Of a stretch of DNA of 64,000 nucleotides, positions 46,599 to 56,682 are shown piece after piece. The translations under genes were made by a program, and so were the position numbers. A model generated the notes under the pieces. It searched no databases. It was not told the origin of the DNA and saw nothing but the letters and a program-made list of their open reading frames with translations. How positions within the stretch are numbered: the stretch's first letter is position 1; each line of letters begins with the position of its first letter. Source of the stretch: Candidatus Saccharibacteria bacterium UBA6824 (GTDB lineage: Bacteria; Patescibacteriota; Saccharimonadia; Saccharimonadales; UBA10212); NCBI GenBank assembly GCA_002452155.1, contig DKEK01000002.1:85750-149749 (forward strand), given 5' to 3'.

Positions 46599-48893
46599 AT
46601 GCCAAAGAACCTGGTCATTGTGGAGAGCCCGACCAAAGCCAAAACCCTTGCCCGTTATTTGGGTAAGGACTATGAGATAAAAAGCAGCTTTGGTCATATT
46701 CGCGACCTACCCAAAAAAGATATTGGCGTGGATGTGCAAATGAACTTCGAACCTACCTACCAGGTACCGCCCGACAAGCAGAAAATAGCCAGAGAGCTTA
46801 AATCGGCCGCTAAAGGCAGTACAGTCTGGCTGGCTAGCGACCCCGACCGCGAAGGCGAGGCCATTGCCTGGCACATCTGCAATATTTTAGGTCTAGACCC
46901 AGGAAGCACTAAACGTATTGTTTTCCACGAGTTTACCGAAACTGCTCTTAGGAAAGCTATGGCGGCTCCGCAAACTGTTGATATGAAACTGGTCGATGCC
47001 CAGCAGGCCCGGCGTATTTTAGACCGGCTGGTGGGTTATGAACTAAGTCCGGTGCTGTGGAAAAAGGTCCGCAGCGGTTTGAGCGCCGGCCGGGTACAGA
47101 GCGTAGCTGTGCGACTGATAGTCGAGCGGGAAAGGGAAATAAAGGCTTTCACACCGGAAAGTTCATACAAAGTAACGGCCGTTTTCGATGCCCGGGACAA
47201 GGATGTGCCGGCCGAGTTATCCGAAAGATTAGACAATGATAAAGCGGCTGAAGATTTTCTCAATTCGATAAAAGCATCGTCTTTCAAAGTTTTGGCGATT
47301 GCTAAAAAACCCGGCACCAGGAGCCCCAGCGCACCCTTTACTACCAGCACCCTGCAGCAAGAGGCCTCTCGTCGGCTGGGCTACAGCGTCCGCCAGACGA
47401 TGGTGCTGGCCCAGCGGCTGTATGAAAACGGCCATATCACTTACATGCGTACCGATAGCGTCAATTTGGCCGGCGTGGCGGTGAGCGCCGCCAAACAATA
47501 TATAACTAGCAGTTACGGCGCCGATTATGTCCAGGTCCGGCAATATAAAACCAAAAGCCGCGGCGCCCAAGAAGCCCACGAAGCCATCCGCCCGACCCAA
47601 ATAGGCACTCTCAGCGCCGGCGCCGATAGCGCCCAGAACAAGCTTTATGAACTTATTTGGCAACGAACGCTAGCCAGCCAAATGGCGCCGGCTAAAATCG
47701 AAAAAACAGAGGTCGAAATTGATATCAGCGGCCGAGACCAAAAATTTATGGCTACCGGTGAAATTCTACGGTTTGACGGTTTTTTGAGAGTTTACGGCGG
47801 CGGCAAAGACGACCGGATTCTGCCCGAGCTGACACAGGGGCAAGAGCTAAAACTTAAAACCGCCAGCGCCCTGCAAAGCTTTAGCCGGCCGCCGGCCCGC
47901 TATAGCGAGGCCAGCTTAGTTAAGAAGCTAGAGGAACTGGGCATCGGCCGCCCCAGTACTTACGCCCCGACCATCGGCACGATTCAGGACCGCGGTTATA
48001 TTGAAAAGAAAGATCTGCAAGGCGAGCCCCGACAACTGAAGGAGTTTATTTTAGCCGGCGGCCAACTTAGCCAGCGGACCCAAGACGCCGTGGTGGGTGC
48101 GGACAGGGCCAAACTGCTGCCCACCGAGCTGGCCGAAATCGTCAACGACTTTTTGGTTAAATATTTTGCTACTATCATCGACTATGATTTTACGGCCAGG
48201 GCCGAAGAAGACTTCGACGATATCGCCGAGGGTAAGGCCGATTGGCGCGAAACCTTGAAGCGCTTTTATGAACACTTCCACCCGCTAGTCGAAAAAGCCG
48301 AAGGCGCCAGCCGGGCCGAGGCTATGAAAGTCAGGCAACTGGGCAAGGACCCGGGGAGCGGCCAGCCGATCATAGCCCGCTTTGGCCGCTTCGGCCCGGT
48401 TTTGCAGATGGGCGAGACCCCGGCCAAAGATGACAAGCGGGCCGCCAAGCCGAAATTCGCGCCGCTGCCCGAAGGCACGACCATAGACGAGATAACCCTG
48501 GAGCAGGCCTTGCCGATGTTTGACTTGCCGCGGGTAGTTGGCAAGACCGAGGCCGGCGAAGAGATAAGCGCCAATATTGGACCCTACGGCCCGTACATTA
48601 AAGTCGGCAAGAAGTTTATTAGCCTCAAAGAAGACGATCCACTACACATAACCGAAGTCCGGGCCAGGGAGATTATCAAAGACCAGGCCCAAGCAACAGC
48701 TAATAAAACGATTGCCGATTTTGGCAGCTTGAAAATCCTGCGCGGCCCCTACGGACCATACATCACAAATGGTAAGAAAAATGCGCGGATCCCAAAGAGC
48801 ACCGATCCAGAGAAGTTAACAGAGGCCGAGGCCCAAAAAATGTTAGACGAGGCGCCTGATAAGTCCGGCTTCCGGCGCCGAAAGAAAAAGTAG
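46599..48893 (+). CDS. topA: DNA topoisomerase I
   Basis: LVIVESPTKAK, DPDREGE, SAGRVQS, ITYMRTD, GIGRPSTY; C-terminal GRFGP/GPYGPY repeats. Confidence 0.98.
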   Translation: MPKNLVIVESPTKAKTLARYLGKDYEIKSSFGHIRDLPKKDIGVDVQMNFEPTYQVPPDKQKIARELKSAAKGSTVWLASDPDREGEAIAWHICNILGLDPGSTKRIVFHEFTETALRKAMAAPQTVDMKLVDAQQARRILDRLVGYELSPVLWKKVRSGLSAGRVQSVAVRLIVEREREIKAFTPESSYKVTAVFDARDKDVPAELSERLDNDKAAEDFLNSIKASSFKVLAIAKKPGTRSPSAPFTTSTLQQEASRRLGYSVRQTMVLAQRLYENGHITYMRTDSVNLAGVAVSAAKQYITSSYGADYVQVRQYKTKSRGAQEAHEAIRPTQIGTLSAGADSAQNKLYELIWQRTLASQMAPAKIEKTEVEIDISGRDQKFMATGEILRFDGFLRVYGGGKDDRILPELTQGQELKLKTASALQSFSRPPARYSEASLVKKLEELGIGRPSTYAPTIGTIQDRGYIEKKDLQGEPRQLKEFILAGGQLSQRTQDAVVGADRAKLLPTELAEIVNDFLVKYFATIIDYDFTARAEEDFDDIAEGKADWRETLKRFYEHFHPLVEKAEGASRAEAMKVRQLGKDPGSGQPIIARFGRFGPVLQMGETPAKDDKRAAKPKFAPLPEGTTIDEITLEQALPMFDLPRVVGKTEAGEEISANIGPYGPYIKVGKKFISLKEDDPLHITEVRAREIIKDQAQATANKTIADFGSLKILRGPYGPYITNGKKNARIPKSTDPEKLTEAEAQKMLDEAPDKSGFRRRKKK

Positions 48894-49007
48894 ACACTTT
48901 TCCACATATTTTACAGATTACAAAAATAAATCTGTAGTAGAACAAACATAAACGGATTGTGCCAAAGACGCCAATTAGTGATAGAATAAACGTAGAGTAA
49001 TATATAC

Positions 49008-49036
49008 TTGACTATTGAAAACTAAAGTTTTATAAT
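49008..49036 (+). promoter_or_regulatory. Consensus sigma70 promoter
   Basis: TTGACT-17-TATAAT; a second extended -10 (TGaTAGAAT) at 48979-48987. Confidence 0.75.
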
Positions 49037-49052
49037 TATATTAGCCGGTAGC

Positions 49053-50129
49053 GTGATAATGCACGCTAACAGGGAAGAAATTATGGCGAACAACACGGAA
49101 GCAACCACCAGTTTAAACATCGAATCAATCGTTCGGGACATACTCGGTACGATTGACAGAGAGCGCGAGCGGGAAATTATCGCCCGCCGTTTTGGTTTGT
49201 TTGACCGCCGCGAAACCCTGGAACAGATCGGCGAGCTGCTTGGTATTACCCGTGAACGAGTCCGCCAGTTGGAAAAGGCCGTCATCACTAAACTCAAAGC
49301 CGCCGGCGAGGATCTGCCGCATATCAAAGAAGTCGAATCGGTGGTGGGGGAACATCTGACCGAGATGGGTAATGTCGCCCGGACCGGTGAAATCACTAAG
49401 CGACTGTCGCCGGAAAATACGAAGATTGACCAATCACGGATTGCTTTTTTGGCCCATTTGGCGCCAAACATCGCTGTTATTGGCGACAACGACCACTTTT
49501 ATCATTCGGTTGGCCTGGCGGGGAAGCACAGCGAGAAAGCCATCCGCGACCATGTGGGCAAAGTAACAGATGCCATAATTGCGATCGGCGAGCCAACTAA
49601 TATAGAAACAATTGCCAATCAGGCCGGCAATAGCGACCACAGGCACGTTGAAGCGCTAGCTAGTATCTCTAAAAACATCTCTAACCTGCACGGACGTTGG
49701 GGCCTAACCAAGTGGCCGATGGTCAACCCCAAAAATATCCGCGATAAAATTTACGTCATACTGCACGACTACAAGAAGCCGATGCACTTTTCGCAGATCG
49801 CCGAGGCCATCAAAAAGAGTGATTTTAAACGCAAAGATGTTACCACCCAGGCCATCCACAACGAGCTGATAAAAGATAAGCGCTTTGTGCTGATTGGCCG
49901 CGGCATTTATGCCCTACGCGAATGGGGTTATAAGAAGGGCGCCGTGGCCGACGTCATCGCCGAGGTTCTTAAAAAAGAAAACGGACCGCTGCACCGCGAC
50001 GAAATCGTCAGGCGTGTACTTAAAAGCCGCCAGGTTAAAGAGACTACGATTCTACTGAACCTGCAGGGCAAGCCGCAGTTCAAGCGCGTGGCCAAAGCCA
50101 CCTACGCACTAGCGACCGACGCCGTATAA
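49053..50129 (+). CDS. Sigma70 region-4 HTH + tandem HARE-HTH (RNAP delta-like) protein
   Basis: REREIIARRFGL...TLEQIG..LGITRERVRQLE; PMHFSQI, IHNELIKDKRFVLIGRGIYAL; real start may be ATG 49083. Confidence 0.85.
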   Translation: MIMHANREEIMANNTEATTSLNIESIVRDILGTIDREREREIIARRFGLFDRRETLEQIGELLGITRERVRQLEKAVITKLKAAGEDLPHIKEVESVVGEHLTEMGNVARTGEITKRLSPENTKIDQSRIAFLAHLAPNIAVIGDNDHFYHSVGLAGKHSEKAIRDHVGKVTDAIIAIGEPTNIETIANQAGNSDHRHVEALASISKNISNLHGRWGLTKWPMVNPKNIRDKIYVILHDYKKPMHFSQIAEAIKKSDFKRKDVTTQAIHNELIKDKRFVLIGRGIYALREWGYKKGAVADVIAEVLKKENGPLHRDEIVRRVLKSRQVKETTILLNLQGKPQFKRVAKATYALATDAV

Positions 50130-50239
50130 GACACTTATCGCGCCGGGCGTGGAATGAATCCGCTCGCTTTAGTGCTATCTTCTCGAGGAATGCGGTAGTA
50201 AGAGATATAGCGTAAGCGTATAATTGGATAAAGATATTT

Positions 50240-52813
50240 ATGATACTACGTAGGAATAAAAAAGTGCGAATGCATCACGAGCATTGTTTGTTAATGCTCG
50301 AAATTCCGCGCGAAAACGATAAAAAAGAACTCGCGGCCGAGCAAATGCTGGCGGCCCTGCATGGGATCTTACGATCCCGGCGGGAGCTGCGGGTATCGGG
50401 CACCCTGCAAGAGCATATTAGTTTGGAAATTGCTGCCAAGGGCCCACGAATTCGTTTTTATATCTGGACGCCTAAACATCTGCAGGCTTTTGTCGAAGGT
50501 CAGATTTACGCCCAATATCCTACTGTCCAGATCACCGAGCAGGATAGCGATTATTCAGAGCGGCAGCTCGACCAAGAAGTGATCCATACGGCCGAGTTGA
50601 CCCTAATTGGAAACGAAACCATGCCGATTAAAACTTTCCCCAGCTTTGAGGTGGACCCCCTGGCATCCATCACTGCCACCTTAGCTAAACTCGATAAAGA
50701 AGATGAAGAGATGTGGATCCAGATCATGGCCCGGCCGATTGCCGATGATTGGCACAAGCGCGGCAGCAAAATGGTCGCCCGTATCCGCGGGGGCAGGGGA
50801 GGCCTAAGCGGTAGCGGCGGCTCTACTATAAATTATGCCGGGCAAGCCTTTGCGGCCTTGGTCCGGCCGCCGGACGCCACCGGCAAGGAAGCTGGCGCTG
50901 CGCCGGAGATTTCTGAACGGGACAAGGCCCGTATAACAGCCATCGAAACCAAGACCCAGAAGCTGGGCTACCAAGTTAAGATCCGGCTGGTTTACGCCGG
51001 CAACGATGCCCGGACAGCCCGGCTACGGATACAGGCCCTGGTAGGGGCATTTAAGCAATTCAATACCACTAACTTGAATGGTTTTAAGGTCAAAAGCACT
51101 AGTTTCAAGCAGGACAAACAGCTAGAATACCAAACGCGTTTTTTTATTGATAACGGCTTTATATTAAACATTGAAGAGCTGGCTAGTCTCTTTCATCTGC
51201 CGCATACTACAGTCGAGACCCCCAATATTGTTTGGGCGACCACCAAAACGGCCGAACCGCCGGCTAATATCCCGGTTGCCGAACCCGGCCAAGAAGCAGA
51301 AACCAGCTTATTCGGCGTGACCAACTTCCGCGGCGACAACACCGTCTTTGGTATCCGCCGTGATGACCGCAGCCGCCATATGTACATATTGGGACAAACC
51401 GGTACCGGTAAATCTGGTGCCCTGGAGCTGTTGACTATATCTGATATTTACTACAACAAAGGCTTCGCGGTCATTGACCCTCATGGCGATTACGCCCAAC
51501 ACGTTATGAAGTTTATACCTAAAAATCGGGTCGATGATGTCGTCTACTTCAACCCGGCCGACACCAACCGCCCGATTGGCTTTAATCCGCTAGAAATTAA
51601 CGACCAGTCACTCAAAGGCCATATTAGCTCCGAGGTAGTTGGTGTGCTGAAACGGCTGTTTGCCGAAAGCTGGGGGCCGCGGCTGGAATATATCCTGCGC
51701 TACACGCTGCTGGCGCTGCTGGATTTTCCCAACGCCACGATGCTGGACATCACCCGTATGCTGACCGACCGGCACTTCCGGGCTGACGTCATAAAGCATA
51801 TCGACGACCCGGTGGTAAAGAATTTTTGGACTGTTGAGTTCGCCAGCTGGAACGATAAATTTGCCTCTGAAGCGGTGGCCCCGGTGCTGAACAAGGTCGG
51901 TGCCTTTACGGCTAATCCGATGATTAGGAATATTGTCGGCCAGCCTAAGAGTACTTTCGATATCCGCAGCATTATGGATGAGGGTAAAATTCTTATCGTT
52001 AATCTTAGCCGTGGTCTGATGGGCGAGGATAATGCCGGGGTCTTGGGCTCTTTAATCGTTACTAAGATCCAACTGGCTTCTATGGGACGGGCCGATATGC
52101 CCGCGGCCGAGCGGACACCGTTTTACCTCTACGTCGACGAGTTCCAGAATTTTGCCACCGAGTCGTTTGCGACTATTCTTTCGGAGGCCCGTAAGTACGG
52201 CCTCAACCTAACTGTCGCCAACCAGTACATTTCGCAGATGGGCGAGGAAGTCCGCAGCGCCGTCTTTGGCAATGTCGGTACTGTCATGAGCTTCCGGGTT
52301 AGCCCGGACGACGCACCTTTTTTGCAAAAGTATTTCGAACCGGAATTTGAAGCCGCCAACCTTATACAGCAACATTCACGTTTCTTCGTAATAAGCATGA
52401 TGATAGACGGCGAGAAGGCGCCGGCCTTTTCGGCCAAGACACTTAACTTGCCACAGCCGCCAGATGATAATTCGGTCCAGATCATCGCCCAGACTCGTGA
52501 ACGCTATAGCCGAAGCAAAGCTGAAGTGGAGGCCGAGATCCGCGCGGCTTCCGGCCTGCCGGGTACCGCCAAACCAGAAGCCGCGCCAAGGGCTAATGAC
52601 CGGCCCAAGTTAGCGCCGCATCGACAGATCGTCAAACTAGCAACCGGAGTTACCCACCCAGGTAAACCTACGGAGTCAGAAACCGCTCAGCCGCCTAAGC
52701 GCAAACGCTCGAGGCGACGGGGCAAGTCAGGTGGTGGAGCAGCCAGCCAAGCCAGCCGGGCCCCAGCTGATAAGTCGGCTGACAGCGATGAACAGACCAT
52801 TCGCTTACGCTAA
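50240..52813 (+). CDS. VirD4/TraD/HerA-like P-loop ATPase
   Basis: Walker A GQTGTGKS, IDPHGD, Walker B LYVDEFQNF, SEARKY, ANQY. Confidence 0.88.
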   Translation: MILRRNKKVRMHHEHCLLMLEIPRENDKKELAAEQMLAALHGILRSRRELRVSGTLQEHISLEIAAKGPRIRFYIWTPKHLQAFVEGQIYAQYPTVQITEQDSDYSERQLDQEVIHTAELTLIGNETMPIKTFPSFEVDPLASITATLAKLDKEDEEMWIQIMARPIADDWHKRGSKMVARIRGGRGGLSGSGGSTINYAGQAFAALVRPPDATGKEAGAAPEISERDKARITAIETKTQKLGYQVKIRLVYAGNDARTARLRIQALVGAFKQFNTTNLNGFKVKSTSFKQDKQLEYQTRFFIDNGFILNIEELASLFHLPHTTVETPNIVWATTKTAEPPANIPVAEPGQEAETSLFGVTNFRGDNTVFGIRRDDRSRHMYILGQTGTGKSGALELLTISDIYYNKGFAVIDPHGDYAQHVMKFIPKNRVDDVVYFNPADTNRPIGFNPLEINDQSLKGHISSEVVGVLKRLFAESWGPRLEYILRYTLLALLDFPNATMLDITRMLTDRHFRADVIKHIDDPVVKNFWTVEFASWNDKFASEAVAPVLNKVGAFTANPMIRNIVGQPKSTFDIRSIMDEGKILIVNLSRGLMGEDNAGVLGSLIVTKIQLASMGRADMPAAERTPFYLYVDEFQNFATESFATILSEARKYGLNLTVANQYISQMGEEVRSAVFGNVGTVMSFRVSPDDAPFLQKYFEPEFEAANLIQQHSRFFVISMMIDGEKAPAFSAKTLNLPQPPDDNSVQIIAQTRERYSRSKAEVEAEIRAASGLPGTAKPEAAPRANDRPKLAPHRQIVKLATGVTHPGKPTESETAQPPKRKRSRRRGKSGGGAASQASRAPADKSADSDEQTIRLR

Positions 52814-53428
52814 TGTGCTTGCATTCCCAAGCTTTGGCGAAACCAATAAAATATTATTGACAGAACAAATTACGAACATGGTAATAGTTCGGCAGTGAAT
52901 AGGGTCTGAGCCATAGCGGAGCAGCGGGCGGCTAAATAATTAAGCGGGGAAATTAATTGAAATTAAAAAAACTGGAAAACGAAATGATAAAAGCCGGAGG
53001 GAACAATAGTTCAAGCCATAGAGTATACGTCGCACAATGTATATTTTACGACTCTATGTATTGGGCTGCAGCTTATATACCAATACCTCTTCAACAGGGG
53101 AGTTTCGCTCGTCCAGCCGTAAAAACACTTATGCTTGAAGCTTCCCCCATTATTAGGTAGTCTGACTTGTTGCTGTTTTATGGCTGGAGTCGCTCTCTGT
53201 GTTACCTGGGTCGTAATATCCTGTGAAAGGTCGCACAAGTTATCCACAGCCCATGTTATATATTTGACATTTGGGTCTTTCATATTTTTGTATAGTTTCC
53301 CCTGCTTTTCCAGCTTCTGAATACAAAATTTGACATTTGCGGAATTACACTGCCCCGTATGTATTTAGGGTTATTTAATAAATATAACGAACTGAACAAA
53401 ATACGAACTGGTTGGGCAGGAGATTGCC

Positions 53429-54304
53429 TCACTTGTAATATATCTTGCCGGCCACCCGGACGTCTAAATATTGTCCGGGCGCAGGTCCCTCGGAATCGAA
53501 TTTATGTTTAGCCGCCAGGTACTGCCCTGCTTGGAGGCTGGCATCGCCGCCCAGGTAGAACTTAACAAAGTATGGTTGGTTTTCCACCCGTAGCTCCAGC
53601 TGCCCGGCAGTAGCCGGTAGGGTCAAGGACTGGACTTTAACACCGCCGCGGTTGCACTGAGCCAGAAGGCTGTTAATGAAGGCTACCGACTCTGTGCCCA
53701 GGACTTGTTTGCCGGGCGCCGCTGCAAAATTTGATTGATCTATGACACTCGGCAGCTTAGAGGCACCCGCCAGCTGGGCGCTAAGACCGGCCACCACGCC
53801 GTTAGAGCCGACGACGTACAAATTGTTATTACTGCTGAAGTTAAAGGTTGGTACGGCGATTATTAGCCGCAGGCTTGGTATTTGGCTGACGATCGGCAGC
53901 TGTATTTTAACTACGTCGATTTCCGGAAATTTCTGCTTCAAGGCGGTCGTGATGCCGCGCTCGTCTAGAGTTAATTTGGTCCTGTTCCGGGCGGCCTTAA
54001 AGGCCCTATCGGCAGCTGTCTCGTAAACGGTGCTGGGGTGGTAGGCGTTACTACTAACTACCGTGTTGGGGTGGGGTTTAATAATCAAACAAAAAATAGC
54101 GGCGGCCACAACTGCCGTCCAAACTGCCGCCTTTATAAGGCGGGCGAATAACTGCTTGACGGGTTTTTTTAGTGGCGGCCGCTTTTGAAAAGGGCTAGGT
54201 GGCGGGGCTTTAGCCGAACCGCCATAATAACTGGGGCCAATCCGGCCGGCCGGAGTACTGGGGCGGCGGTTTTTTGAGTTGCTCTTTTTGCTACGTAGTC
54301 CCAT
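53429..54304 (-). CDS. ftsQ: FtsQ/DivIB-like cell division protein
   Basis: Basic N-terminus, TM, POTRA-like (LKQKFPEI..V), YLDVRV...IYYK; last gene of the dcw cluster. Confidence 0.65.
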   Translation of the reverse strand: MGLRSKKSNSKNRRPSTPAGRIGPSYYGGSAKAPPPSPFQKRPPLKKPVKQLFARLIKAAVWTAVVAAAIFCLIIKPHPNTVVSSNAYHPSTVYETAADRAFKAARNRTKLTLDERGITTALKQKFPEIDVVKIQLPIVSQIPSLRLIIAVPTFNFSSNNNLYVVGSNGVVAGLSAQLAGASKLPSVIDQSNFAAAPGKQVLGTESVAFINSLLAQCNRGGVKVQSLTLPATAGQLELRVENQPYFVKFYLGGDASLQAGQYLAAKHKFDSEGPAPGQYLDVRVAGKIYYK

Positions 54305-54312
54305 AGTCTTGG

Positions 54313-55515
54313 TTAATTTTTGGCAACATCGAGCAGAATATCGGCTAGCTTGGCAGCGGCATCAGGTCGGGCCAGCGAGCCAATATTGTGCTCTAGCTGC
54401 TGGCGCCGCTGCTTATTTTTCAGCAGGGCGTCTAATGTGCTGAGCAACTGCTCCGGCTTAACGTCATTAGGCAGAATCTCAGTGGCGGCGTTTGTTGTAA
54501 ATTCTTCAGCATTTTTCATCTGGTGTCCGCCGCTTAGGAAAGGACTGGGAATTATAACGGCGGCTTTGCGTTGGATGGCTAGTTCAGCTAAGGTCGTGGC
54601 CCCTGCCCTGGCCAGCACTACGTCGGCTGCACCGCTATAGGCATAAAAATCACTAGAGAAACCCAGCACCCTCACCGACTCGGGCATATCAGGGCCAAGT
54701 AGCTTTAGATATTGGTCGGCTACCCTGTCCTGATGGCCAGAGCCGCTGATATGAATAATCTGCAGTTTGGGATTTTGTTTGAGTAATTTAGGTGATATTG
54801 CCACCATTAGCTCGTTTATAGTACGGGAGCCATGGCCGCCACCGGATACAAATAACATCTGGGCATCAGCCGGCAGGCCAATTTGACGCTTTAGTGCCTT
54901 TTTCTGCTCGGGATCGACCATTTTAACCCGCTCGTCCAGGGGTATACCAACGTAGCGAATGCTGTCTTTAGAATAGGGGTAATACCGCGGCGGCATCCCG
55001 GCGGCATGGACCACAGCCCAGCGTCCAATCAGGCGGTTAGCCAGGCCCGGCACGGCATCGGAGTCGTGGGTAACGATTGGTACGCCGCGTAGGCGAGCGG
55101 CAATTCCGACCGGCACTACCACGTAGCCGCCTTTGCTAAAGACCACGTCCGGCTTATATTTTCCGAGTAGCCGCAGGGCGGTGAGAGTACCAAAAAGAAC
55201 CTTAAAAATATCACGAAAATTGAGTAGCAGCGTTTTTATATCGCTCAGATGGGACAGCAGGCTTTCATCGTGGTAGCGGCGAAATTTACCCGAGCTCAGC
55301 CGGCAGACTTTGTCAAAAGCCGGCTCAGCCGCCGGCGAAAGGTCAATTTGCTCACCCTTTAGGCCAATGTAGATGACCAGGCACCGGGGGTCTTTGGCTT
55401 TAAGTGCGCGGGCGAGTGGTAAGAGAGGGGTTATATGTCCCCCGGAGCCGCCGCCCGTTAAGATTATTTTGGTCTGATGAGCCCGCACCGGAGCCCGTTT
55501 TTGGTTCTTGGACAT
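54313..55515 (-). CDS. murG: UDP-GlcNAc:lipid I transferase
   Basis: TGGGSGGHITP, SKGGYV, HDSD..PGLANR, GGGHGS, RAGATT. Confidence 0.96.
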   Translation of the reverse strand: MSKNQKRAPVRAHQTKIILTGGGSGGHITPLLPLARALKAKDPRCLVIYIGLKGEQIDLSPAAEPAFDKVCRLSSGKFRRYHDESLLSHLSDIKTLLLNFRDIFKVLFGTLTALRLLGKYKPDVVFSKGGYVVVPVGIAARLRGVPIVTHDSDAVPGLANRLIGRWAVVHAAGMPPRYYPYSKDSIRYVGIPLDERVKMVDPEQKKALKRQIGLPADAQMLFVSGGGHGSRTINELMVAISPKLLKQNPKLQIIHISGSGHQDRVADQYLKLLGPDMPESVRVLGFSSDFYAYSGAADVVLARAGATTLAELAIQRKAAVIIPSPFLSGGHQMKNAEEFTTNAATEILPNDVKPEQLLSTLDALLKNKQRRQQLEHNIGSLARPDAAAKLADILLDVAKN

Positions 55516-56675
55516 TATAACTAGTATAGCGCGAAATCTGGAAAACTATCCCGAGAGCGGCTGTCAAAAAGACCAAGCTGGTACCGCCCTGGCTAATTAG
55601 CGGCAAGGTGATTCCCTTTAGGGGCAGCAGGCCAAGCATAGCGCCGACATTGACTACCATTTGGGTCGACAACCAAGCCAATACCCCCACTAAAATGAGC
55701 CGCGGGAATTGGTCCGGGGTACGCTCGATAAGTTTCTTAATTCGGGTAATAAAGACAGCGTAGAGGCTAATGATGAGTGTAGTACCAATAAAGCCAAACT
55801 TCTCGGCCATAATAGCAAATATGGAGTCGTTGGAAGCTTCGGGTAAATAGCCATAGGCCTGGACACTGTAGCCCAGCCCCAGGCCAAAGACACCGCCCGA
55901 ACCGACAGCGATTAGAGCCTGGCAGGCCTGGTAACTATTGCCTTTGCAGTCGCGGCCCGGGTGCAAATAGCTGGCCAGGCGGTCGCGGCGGTAACCGCTA
56001 GAGCTGATGGCCAGTATTACTACCCCGGCGACTACAACCGAAATTAAAGCTACTTTTTTCAGTGGAATACCGACCGTAAAGGCCATAGCCCCCATTATGG
56101 CAATCATTACGGCGGCCGAACCGAGGTCACTTTGGAGTTTGGCTACCACGATTGCGATTAAGACCAAAGCCGCTATCAGCGGTTTAAGGGTAGCTTTGGT
56201 ATCGGCTAGTTTGCCTTTTCGCCACTGTCCGTTCAAGAAATTGGCCAACCAAACAATTAGGGCCAGTTTAATAAGCTCGGCTATCTGGAAAGAAAAGCCG
56301 CCCAAGCGGATCCAGCGATGGGCCGGATATATTTCGTTAATGGGGGTGAACAAAACAATTAGCGATCCGACTAGAGCGGTTATTACCAGTGGTTTAGCCA
56401 GCTCCGCCCAACGACGGATGGGCAAGTAGGCCGCCACCATAAATGCCACTGCGCCCAAGCCGACATCAAGTAATTGTTTGCTAACAAAGTAACCCTGGCT
56501 AACGTGCTGGGAGGCGCTTAAGCCCGGGCTTATAGAATAAACAACAATCAAACCAATAAGCATCAGTAGGGCAGTTAAAACCAGGATTACGTAATCCGGC
56601 CGGTGACGCCTTGAGGTCTGCCCCGTGCTGGTGGCTAGGTCCGAACTTTGGCCCAAGTGGCTACGTCTGGCACGC
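55400..56675 (-). CDS. ftsW: SEDS peptidoglycan polymerase FtsW
   Basis: RWIRLG..SFQ.AE..K, QSDLGS, YLPEASNDSIF, GITLPLISQGGTS; start placed at GTG just after mraY (uncertain). Confidence 0.93.
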
Positions 56676-56682
56676 ACAAAAT

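Noticed and set aside
52957-53320. Short ORFs (67, 90, 61 aa) in the convergent spacer
   Set aside because: Mutually overlapping, atypical composition and no recognisable domain; not called as CDS
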